From positions 49,166 to 69,165 of the forward strand of contig NKIB01012851.1 of NCBI GenBank assembly GCA_002256025.1: a DNA stretch of 20,000 bases. Direction: 5' to 3'. The stretch comes from Asterionella formosa (Eukaryota). The notes beneath the pieces are model-generated. The model saw only the letters and a program-made list of their open reading frames with translations, was not told the origin of the DNA and ran no database searches. Below are positions 1 through 9,300 of this stretch, one piece after another (the stretch's first letter is position 1; each line of letters begins with the position of its first letter). The position numbers and the translations under genes are program-made.

Positions 1-1084
1 AAAAGAGACAAAAACATCATACCGAAAAAGCATCGAGAATAAAGGCATTGCAATGACCCCCATTCTTAATTGAATCTTGAAAATTCAGTCACAAGAGGCA
101 ATAGATTAGAAAGAATGTAGGGATGTGAGAATAATAAGCTCAGAAATAAGTGCAATTGGTTCAATCTTACCACATAGAAGCCATCATTGTCATTGTCAAT
201 TTTCCTTTATTTTTCTATCATGTGGTGCAAGGATGGTGGATAGAATGTGTAACTTGCGGACCACAATTTTGCTCATTTGCTAATATGATGTACCCGATTA
301 AAGTAAAATTAACAAAAGAACAATGTCGCGTTATACAGTGCTGTTGAACAAGTTTACCATGAGGACCACCAATTTAACCACCCGTCAACTATCAGTAGCA
401 ATAGATACATACTAAGGAAAATAAGTATGGCTGGATTCATGCTCAGGGTATCCGAGGTATCACACATAAGCGCTAGTGTTTTATTATTTACCAGCTGAGA
501 TATTGCAATTCTTTTGTATTTTCTATTCAAATAATACAGTATAGTCGTTGTGATCGGCTGGAGCATCCTGCATCATGTCGCCTCAGCCTCGACCAAGCAA
601 AGACGTAAATAGTGGAAATCTTTATGGAAGTTGAGAGCAACGCTTTCCTATTTTATATAACAAGCACGACAAAGAAAATACAATAGAAAAAGAGTTATTT
701 TAATGATTCCCCAATATACCATGCAACCTTTGCTGTAGTCAAACGTTTGTATTTTCTGGGTTGTTTAAGCCTTTTTTCCTATAGTCAAAACTTCTTCTTT
801 GAGTTTCACTGAAAATTTAGTCGAGCCTCTCAACAAAATGATTTCTATTGTACTTTATGTTACTCGTTTCTTATTTTGTAAAAAACGGCCATTGAGATAG
901 TACCCCTTGAGCACAATGTAGCACAAGAATACCATCAGAGATGTTAAATCTACCAGCTGATTGACAATGGAGGTGCTTTTGGTTGCATTGGTGAAGTATT
1001 GAACAGGTGTAATCATTAAAAATATATATAGGAATTAATGATTATATACTAAAATGATAATCTGTTTTTTAGCCCATTCCTAAT

Positions 1085-1426
1085 CCCTTGTTCAAGAAGG
1101 CAAGTACTCGTTGTGCTGCCGCTGCCTGATAACAAGACCTGTGCTTCCCTAGTTTTGTTAGTGTAGTAGGTGAGTCCCCAACAAACCTTCGTGAAAGGTG
1201 ATCCTCTTAGCCGCCGCGTTAGGGAACTCCTACCATCTAGGAAGGCGGCACACGCTACTTGTAGGCGGGGGGCAAACCCACTATTTCTTGCACACCAGGC
1301 AAGACCGCGCAGGACGGTAAGGAGAGTGGGAGTCGAACCCGACAAATTTCTTCTCAAAAAAATTGCAGGAATCGAACTACTTAACTTCAGATCAAAGGCA
1401 ATGTGCTAAACAAACTACCATAAGCC
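1085..1426 (-). mobile_element. tRNA-Gln-like head plus second B box and structured body; candidate SINE or Pol III-derived element
   Basis: Minus strand from 1426 reads GGCTTATGGTAGTTTGTTTAGCACATTGCCTTTGATCTGAAGTTAAGTAGTTCGATTCC, resembling a degenerate tRNA-Gln(TTG). It is followed by T7 (1356-1362), a perfect B box GGTTCGACTCC (1329-1339) and a GC-rich body. Imperfect flanking repeats: AGCCCATTCCTAAT (1071-1084) and AGCCATTCCCTAAT (1423-1436). Confidence 0.5.
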
Positions 1427-1721
1427 ATTCCCTAATAATGATTATAAACTATAATATGTTTTTAGGCACTGTGACGATTTGATGGATCTGTAGGCCATTT
1501 GCTGGGCGATTATCATGCAATGGCATTTCCAAAATTGATCTCCCAACAATCTATCTGTGAATCGCAATTTGTCACTCCTTCATCACTACACCTGTCCATC
1601 TAGCTACCCATTTGTTGCTTCTGCCTCCCCTATCCCTGCTGCTCAGTCGATTACAGCATTGTTTGAAATCTTCACCAATTGGTTCTTCCTTGCCCCCTGA
1701 TTGCCGATGTCCGCCTTGCAG

Positions 1722-1781
1722 GATGTTTCTTGGAATTTCATGACTTCAGTTGATGTTTCTTGGAATTTCATGACTTCAGTT
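1722..1781. repeat. Perfect 30-bp tandem duplication
   Basis: GATGTTTCTTGGAATTTCATGACTTCAGTT occurs at 1722-1751 and 1752-1781. Confidence 0.95.
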
Positions 1782-2810
1782 TTCTTGCAAATCAACCCAT
1801 TCCTCGTATTATCTTTATAGCTGCTTCCGCAAGAAAGAGGAGGTAAGAAATGGAAAACTGGAGTGAGACTCTGGTGGAAAAAATGTGCTTCATTATCCGG
1901 TCTGCTGGTTATCACTTACTGTTTGGGGGGGTGGGGGGGGGTACCTCGGTTGTTTGCCACATGAGGGACAATGGGAACAATTCCCTTAACTCCAAGCTGA
2001 TACCTAAACCCAATAATCAACCGGTCTGATGTTGTGATACAGCATCAAACAATACAAACAAGACGATGACAAGGAGGTTGACAAGGACAACAAGGACAAT
2101 GATTCAGGTGATGTGTGATGATGGGATATTTAAGGTGCATGATCTTGCATTGATCCCTGTGCATATGTGCTAACTATCTTTACCGCGTTTTTCTTAGAGG
2201 AGACTAAGTCTATGAAGGTTTCTATATGAGAATATACAAGTGATGAATCTCCGAAATTATGAAATTGCCACGATTTTCGATTTTCGACTTCTTCATCTCT
2301 TATCAAATCTTGGTAGCATTCCAGACTCAAGCTTTGTTGTAATATGAGATTTGCAGAATGATGAAGATGTTGAAATCGAAATGACAGGCAGCATTCAACC
2401 CATTATTTCACTTTGGTTGATCAGCATCATGAAAACAATACTAATTTAGCTGAAAAAACACTAGACTGATTAGGATTCTTTTTACAATGACTTTCAACTG
2501 CCCATTTAATCAACAAACATTTGAGGCAGAAAAGGTTGCTTGTGAATTAATCAAACTCTCAAAATTGGGAGAGGAGTTAGGGATTACCAGTAGCAGCCTT
2601 ACAAATATAAAAAATAAAGGCCAATCTGCTTACTGTTTTTTCATGAGAAACTAAGTTAAATGTGATGAGTATTACCGGTACCTGGTACCTACTACTCATT
2701 ACTCGCCCATCATCAAAATGTTACGATAAGTATGCATGGCATCTCCGATGAGCACCACATTTTCAACCATAATGGTGTTTTTGTCATCATGAACACCACC
2801 TCGCAACAGC

Positions 2811-4700
2811 ATGTCTCGTCCAAATGGCCTCCATCAGCGACGATCATTACGTTGCAATGATAATAATGATGTTTCTCTCGAAAGCCACACGAAGCACTGC
2901 GACAAGGAATCACAATCCCTGATAGAAGGACCGCCCAAACGAGTCCATCCATTGTCACTTCTTCGTTCATCGGTAGCAGCACTCTGTCACATCGCATCCA
3001 TTGCTACGATTCTCTTGGGCTTGTACCATCGAGCTCAACTCCATAATGGATCTGATTGTGAAATGACGTACTCGCAGCGGCGCTTTATTCTTGTGCCAAC
3101 ACTCAGTCGTCACCCGCTCTACCAACTATACCAGTTCCAAGACGAGCGACTTCTGAACAGCAACAATATCCGATCCACCTATTCAAATCATACAAATGTC
3201 TTGTACATACCCGGGCACTGGGGCAGTTACACTCAATGCCGATCGTTAGGGGCCCATGGAGTGCACCTCACTCGGAATACGAACTATAATTTCCGATCAC
3301 GAGAAAATGGTGCACCACTTCCATTATTTAACACCTATGCCATTGATTGGAAGGATCAAGGAAGTGGATGGCATGGGAGCTTGCTGATGGCACAACGAGA
3401 ATATCTTCAAACGATTCTTGCAGAACTTAATGTTTCAGTCATTGTTGGACACAGTTTGGGAGGATTGGTGGCTGCTCGAACACACTCCTCGTCGGACATT
3501 ATTACCTTGGCAACGCCTCATAAGGGCATCCCATACACATTTGAAAAATCAGTACATACGTTTTACCAACAGCCAACTTCAAATAACAGACTGCTCCTTT
3601 CCATATCTGGAGGGTGGAAAGATGAAATGATACCACCAGCCTTGTGTGAGGTTGAGTCAACGCCCATAACAGGGACCGTTCAAGCAAGTGTCATTATGAC
3701 AACACAAATGCGAAACAAAGATGGCCTTGGTATGGATCACAAAGCAATTGTTTGGTGTCACAATCTATTATCCGTGGTTACAAGGACTATTACTCAACTC
3801 GCTCAAGAGAAGACCAACGGAATGCCATTGCAAGATCGACTGAGGAATCTCAAGCTGATACCTACAAACCAGTCCTACTTTTCTACGGTGACACAACAAA
3901 AGAAAAATTACAGTCAACAGCATGGTAATTGGAAATTATTTATAGTGGAGTCCGCAATGATATATCATGCGGAATTATTACTAGGACTCTTGGCCATGAA
4001 TTCTGGCTTCCGACACGGGCTACACCACAATGACGGCTCAAAACGTCCATTTGTTCCCATAATCGCCGCCATTTTGGCGTTCGGTTGTACCAATCATGAT
4101 ATATCCTTTGGAGCAATCTTGGTATTATCGTTTGCCGCAAGTACTGTCCTTTCCATGACTTTAAGTCTATTGCAATGGCTGAAAAACAAAAGGATGGTGG
4201 TTGTAGTATTGGCTAGCATCCCAACATTGGCAATTTTGGGATATCGAATATCTTTCTTTAGGGTGCCATCATCCATCGTTTGTGAAGCTGGTTTGACTCT
4301 TTCTTATATTGTATGGATGGCATCCATCATGAGTCGCTGTACATGTTTGGATGCTTTGATTATCATTAGTCTCCCATGTTTGGTCATTGGAAAGGGTGTA
4401 GCCTATTATTATTGGTTCGTTCAACACCAAGAATTACAAGGCCTACCAGAAGACATGATTCAATTTGTTGGTATTGTAATAATTCCAATCGGAATTCGTC
4501 AACTGATATTTACCATCAGAAACAATGACAGCACCTTTTATGGGATAATGGGTATTGTTGCATTTGGTGTGATTGTAGTGGCATTTGCCATGCTTGGTGA
4601 ATTGCTTCACGTGGGAGGTGGATTTCACGTTGGATACTTGACAAGCGCCCTTGCTCTCGTGGATATTTTCGTTTCTATCAGAGGAGGTATCACAAAGTAA
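2811..4700 (+). CDS. PGAP1: GPI inositol-deacylase (PGAP1/Bst1-like alpha/beta hydrolase with C-terminal multi-pass membrane region), 629 aa
   Basis: Long uninterrupted ORF with an N-terminal TM segment followed by CEMTYS, VLYIPGHWGSYTQCRSLG, the nucleophile elbow VGHSLGG, ITLATPH, SISGGWKDEMIP and DHKAIVWC, all matching PGAP1-family motifs. Several hydrophobic helices lie in the C-terminal third. Confidence 0.9.
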   Translation: MSRPNGLHQRRSLRCNDNNDVSLESHTKHCDKESQSLIEGPPKRVHPLSLLRSSVAALCHIASIATILLGLYHRAQLHNGSDCEMTYSQRRFILVPTLSRHPLYQLYQFQDERLLNSNNIRSTYSNHTNVLYIPGHWGSYTQCRSLGAHGVHLTRNTNYNFRSRENGAPLPLFNTYAIDWKDQGSGWHGSLLMAQREYLQTILAELNVSVIVGHSLGGLVAARTHSSSDIITLATPHKGIPYTFEKSVHTFYQQPTSNNRLLLSISGGWKDEMIPPALCEVESTPITGTVQASVIMTTQMRNKDGLGMDHKAIVWCHNLLSVVTRTITQLAQEKTNGMPLQDRLRNLKLIPTNQSYFSTVTQQKKNYSQQHGNWKLFIVESAMIYHAELLLGLLAMNSGFRHGLHHNDGSKRPFVPIIAAILAFGCTNHDISFGAILVLSFAASTVLSMTLSLLQWLKNKRMVVVVLASIPTLAILGYRISFFRVPSSIVCEAGLTLSYIVWMASIMSRCTCLDALIIISLPCLVIGKGVAYYYWFVQHQELQGLPEDMIQFVGIVIIPIGIRQLIFTIRNNDSTFYGIMGIVAFGVIVVAFAMLGELLHVGGGFHVGYLTSALALVDIFVSIRGGITK

Positions 4701-4836
4701 ATTGTGATTCTATAAGTCCCATTGTAGTCGATAGTAGCTATAGTCATATACATCGATCATGTGCAGTTTATAAACCGTACGCAACAAATAATTTTTTTCG
4801 ATGTACATGCTCGATTCTGTCGCCATGTGTTTTGCG

Positions 4837-5943
4837 CTATGACATATTAGTATTCGTGGCTGTAATGGTTGGAGTCACGGTCACTATGTGATTAGGGTGC
4901 AAGGGGTCGTCAATCCCTTTCATCATTGAGTTTTGACCTACGACATTACATCCCATGTTAAGCATATCTCCCACTTCCTTATCTGTCCCCAATCGAAAAG
5001 CGCCCCATAACTCTTGTTCTTCTAAACGTTTTCGCCGAATGGTGGCGGTTGTCATGAGTATAACAAGTATCGACAACGTTCCACAAAACAATCCAACTCC
5101 AGCCCATTTTCGTGATGTTGCTTCAGTGTCAATTTGGTCAAAGAAAGCAGTGGATACTACATCTGTTGATAATGATCCAGAATTGACATCAATGGCATAG
5201 ATTTCAGGTGCTTCGGAATGTACTAAAAGGAAAAAGTCTCCCGATGTCACGACATTGTCAATCGTCAGCATCAAAGTTTTCTGCACACTAGTAGATGTTT
5301 CTGAAATTGTTTCAAATGCAGTTTGAACCAGCCACCAATCCACTTGGAGTTGATGTTGCAGCAAGCGCATCATGGATCGGTGTGGAGTGAACCGTAGGAA
5401 TATTAATTCTTGTTGGAGCGCTCGCCCATGGAGTGTAAACGATTCGTTGACAATGGCGTACATAGTCGTCGAAATGAGATCACGATAAAAATTCGGATTG
5501 TCTCGATCTGGTAAAATAAGAGGAAGAGCCATTTGGATGGAACAATAAATGGTACGCAGTGAAAGTGGATCTCGTCCAACTATTTCCGTTCCGTTCTGCT
5601 TGACTGCCGCATCTCCCTGTGGACCATATTCCTCTTCGCAATCATCATGCTCGAAGTCATCATTCGGCAGGTGCTGCCCCGTTAAATCTCCATTAGAAGG
5701 TGGCGTCCATTCGGGTCCAGTATAATTCCATTGGACTGCGTTGGCGGTTCGACGATTGCACGGTGATGATGATGCATTGTAGGAGGATATCCATGACGTT
5801 GTTCCATTGCTGGTTGTTGTTCGCCTTCTCCTTCTTAGTGCGACGTGGTTGCTGCTGATAGATAATGTTGCATGCAGCGACAGAAAGCAACCAATTACCA
5901 GCAGTCGGAAATGTATTACTTGGCTTGATGAAGGTGGCAGCAT
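4837..5943 (-). CDS. Hypothetical type-I membrane/secretory protein, 368 aa
   Basis: 368-aa ORF with a signal-like N-terminus (LLVIGCFLSLHATLS), a basic RRRRR stretch, N-x-S/T sequons (NGT, NAS, NYT, NES), and one TM helix (WAGVGLFCGTLSILVILMTTATI) followed by RRKR. No family recognised. Confidence 0.75.
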   Translation of the reverse strand: MLPPSSSQVIHFRLLVIGCFLSLHATLSISSNHVALRRRRRTTTSNGTTSWISSYNASSSPCNRRTANAVQWNYTGPEWTPPSNGDLTGQHLPNDDFEHDDCEEEYGPQGDAAVKQNGTEIVGRDPLSLRTIYCSIQMALPLILPDRDNPNFYRDLISTTMYAIVNESFTLHGRALQQELIFLRFTPHRSMMRLLQHQLQVDWWLVQTAFETISETSTSVQKTLMLTIDNVVTSGDFFLLVHSEAPEIYAIDVNSGSLSTDVVSTAFFDQIDTEATSRKWAGVGLFCGTLSILVILMTTATIRRKRLEEQELWGAFRLGTDKEVGDMLNMGCNVVGQNSMMKGIDDPLHPNHIVTVTPTITATNTNMS

Positions 5944-6439
5944 TATAAAACGTACTCCGTAAAATGCAATTTTGTCCCAAAATAAAGCCTGCAGTATAGC
6001 AGTATCACCGACCTATTCTTATGGTTTCAAGTACTTTACTGTACACCGCCAGTACCTAGTAGTTTTCCATCCTACTTCATATATATGATCAAAGCATGCA
6101 TCCTCGTCAACTTTTGTTGTGACATTCAGCTGAGCGACAAATCTGTATTTGTGCTACATACTTAGAGCTTATGTAATAGTCTTCCCGCATGCACAAAATA
6201 GTGGTTGACGATTTGTATCAGCATTTGCATGCCTAGACTACTAATCCCTTGTGCTGCATCCTCTGCATGGGCGGTGATCATTGCTGCGAAGCAAATTTCC
6301 CACTGCCTTGCTTTAACAAGCAAAAGGAGTACCAAAACACAATGAAACCTCTTTGTTTACGATAGAAGTGGTTGAGTATATCACAAAGAAGAAGCAAAAT
6401 TTTTGCAGTATTAAACATGAATTGTCTCCTCAGTTGCTT

Positions 6440-7800
6440 TATATTTTCTCTGGTAATAATCCATTTCTTTCAAGCAAGTGTTGCTTTCCCTATATGCGAA
6501 ATTTTGTAGTCATGGTGCTTCACTGCCTAATTATTCTCTCCTTGAGAATTTTTGAATAGTTGGAAAAGAACAATTCAATTTCATTGGTTCAAAAGATTGA
6601 TAGGCAGCATGAAATGCCTACACCGAACTATCCATATCATGATTATCATTCTTCACTGAATCCCAAAGTGCTTGAAAGAAACTGAGATTGTTTACATTCA
6701 TGTCTGGTGAGTGAGTTTGCTGGTTGTCCTGTTATCTTGAAATCTCATCCATCCAGTGCATCTACAACGGCAGGGGCTATAAGCAATTGCTTCCGAAATG
6801 ATTCTTTGTGTTGTCATGTTGTATGTTTACTGTCTTGTTGCCATCAGTTTCGACCGCCCACTTCTCCTGAAGAGCTGGTAATATTGGTTAATTAGTTTGT
6901 CTGTGTACATCTGCTTTGTACTGCTAAATTCATTGTAATCAGTCTCCCTGGTGACCTCCTCCTGTTTATCGAATTCCTAGCTACGAGCCAGCGTTTTCTG
7001 AACAAAGGGGGCCGGATAACGATTTTACAATCGAAATTATTTACACAATTTTCGTCAAACCTCAGACGCCCAACAGCTGATAGAAACATTAATTTCTCCA
7101 TATGATCCTTGTGCTTCATCCTACAAAAGGATCCCCTCTCCTCCTGTGCCAAATAAACTCTCTGTTTAACAACCTGTACATGAAACCAATCATTTTCGTC
7201 CGCATGATGTTGATTGTAAAATCCATCATAAACCCAAACTTACCTTGGTCAAAAGGCAGCACTTCAGGTGAAGGATGAATTTGATCTGGGTGATTCAATT
7301 TTAGATAGCTAATTAATACAATATAAAAGCCCACTATTCTTGCATTCCTGTCAACTTTGGAATATCAAAAGAAAAATATATATATATATGAGGTTTTCTT
7401 GGGGAATACTAGCTTAGTTGGCTAGCTCACCTTACGAGATGGCGGGTTCGTCTCCACCTGCTTTGTTTATGTAGTGAGGCAGACAACAAGCAGGTCTAAG
7501 GCCCTCTGGCCCTCTAGGGGGCCAAGTGCGACTTCACAACCTCCACAATTGTCGAGTTCTTCAACAATAGCGTACTTTAAAATTTGCTTAATAATTTTAT
7601 ATGAGGTTTTATCTTATCCCCCTGTCGATTGCCTTTTGTAATTGAATATTCTGTAATTGCGAGCTTTAGATACATGGTGCACTTGCAAGGAATTTCGTTT
7701 TTACCGGAAATTACCTCCCCAGAATTTTATTTCTTCTGCTGCTGGTCAGTCCTGGTACATTTGCAAGCAAATTTGTCACTATCATCCTCCTAATAGTACG
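6440..7800 (-). mobile_element. Decayed Tc1/mariner transposase of the plant/oomycete DD39D type (best-supported core 6440-7230)
   Basis: Minus-strand translation across frameshifts gives motifs in the expected order: YDGFYNQHHADENDWF (cf. HVDEKWF), KHKDHMEKLMFLSAVGRLRFD (cf. KVMFLAAVARPRFD), ILPALQEKW, IQHDN (cf. IQQDNA), QPANS/PDMNVNNLSFF (cf. QPPNSPDLNVLDLGFF), DYKISHIGK and ERNGLLP. Weaker N-terminal traces (IPKLT ~7350, RTIRRMI ~7790) extend it past the SINE-like insert. Confidence 0.85.
7398..7597 (+). mobile_element. tRNA-derived SINE-like element with 13-bp target-site duplication
   Basis: A box TAGCTTAGTTGG (7410-7421), B box GGTTCGTCTCC (7445-7455), internal hairpins, and the exact flanking direct repeat TATATGAGGTTTT at 7385-7397 and 7598-7610. 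Confidence 0.65.
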
Positions 7801-8144
7801 AGGCGAGCAAATGATTCAATGTACATTGTGCAGTAGTAGTCTTATTCATGATATCTAACCTCTGTGAAAAGAAGAATTTAAGTGTTCCTGAATGAGCCGA
7901 CCATCCCTCTCTATTTCGTCACTGCCAACAGGTCCGCATCTGCAAAACATAATAGAGAAAAATTTGATGCCTTCTACTGACAAAATACTCTTGCTATGCT
8001 TGTTAAGAGTGCTGAGTGGTGGCATTATAGGAGCAGGGGGGGGGGGGGGGGTTTGTTTTGTTTTTTGCGAACCTGACGATGAAAAAGACCTGTCATCATC
8101 CACTGATTCTTCCGAAGATTTCAAGAAACTCTTGAAATCTTTGT

Positions 8145-8154
8145 NNNNNNNNNN
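8145..8154. other. Assembly gap (10 N) next to G homopolymers
   Basis: Run of N at 8145-8154, with G-runs at ~8036-8051 and 8155-8162. Confidence 0.98.
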
Positions 8155-9300
8155 GGGGGGGGTTCATGCATCTACAATCGAAAAAGCCCAAAATTATTAT
8201 CTTTGAAACATAGTCGTCGATTTTGAATCTACTTCATATTTATATGCATATATTTAATGCATTGATCGGTAGCTTTTCGGATGGTGCACACTAGGGCAAT
8301 TGATCCGGAGAAATTCGTAGAAGTCAACCTGGGAAATTTTAAGAGTCATGGCAGTTGCTTTTTCAAGTAAGCTGATCCTCACTTAGAGATATAGTATGTT
8401 TACTACAGAATCCATCCTAAATACCAGTTGTTTGGCACTTGAGTCACTGCAAATTGCAAAAGACTACTTTCTCCCAGAGAGAGTACCAGGGAGTATCTGT
8501 TATTTAAAAATAGATTACATCTAGTACTACTATGTACCAATACTTCCTCTTTGTTCCATATGATTGTTGCCTACAAGTCCAGCCACTTTATTTTTGATGG
8601 TACAAAAAGAACCCCCTGTAGTTTGGTATGCGAAAGAAACATATGAACAGATGAATGTCCTGTTTCAAGCATGACTGCTGTCCAGCCAAGCAATGGGCAT
8701 CCAAAAACTTGTTTATGATCATGATCATTTAAGTCATTGTTGGGTAGATTCTCCATGGTGCATCAGAATAGTAACTAGACATTGTTCATGCGAAAACAAT
8801 TTATTGTTTAGTTTAATGTAAGTTTTTCCATTTCCTTATTTGAGAGCTTTCCCCCCTTACCACCAAGAAGAATTCTTGTGACACGTACTCAAAAAGAACC
8901 ATTTCCCACCATTTGTCTTGGATCTTTGAACAAGCCACAAGACACCAAGGTTCAACTAATTCTACACGACTTGGTACTTAGAACATTTATTATGCACACC
9001 TTTCGGTTCAGAATAATTTTAAAATAGGAAGGGTTGTTAGCCGGATAATTATTGGAGGTTTCCTAATGCATATTCGGCATCAATTACTGGTACTACATAC
9101 ACTTTGTATGATTTCTACTATGGGGCCAAACAAATCTATTTGCGATCTAAATAAATATATGATAATAATAAGGTTTACGTAATTCATGAATGCGTACATA
9201 TGCCTGTATACTCCGAGGTCGTCGTAAACCGCTATTTTGTCCAAAAAGGTCGATCTGTTCGACACTTTCACATATAAATATTGATTACACAAATGTTCAG

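Noticed and set aside
1..600. Membrane-protein gene fragment on the minus strand
   Set aside because: Short, stop-interrupted hydrophobic frames in AT-rich DNA with no recognisable family.
1170..1290. HDV-like or twister ribozyme (GGCTAAGAGG resembles the HDV J4/2 strand on the minus strand)
   Set aside because: I could not build consistent P1/P2/P3/L3 elements. Only a generic pseudoknot possibility remains.
1364..1426. Functional tRNA-Gln gene on the minus strand
   Set aside because: The acceptor stem cannot form (T7 follows the T arm) and the anticodon stem is mispaired. Treated as tRNA-derived.
7401..7460. Functional tRNA gene
   Set aside because: A-B box spacing is only 23 nt, with no proper anticodon arm or acceptor stem.
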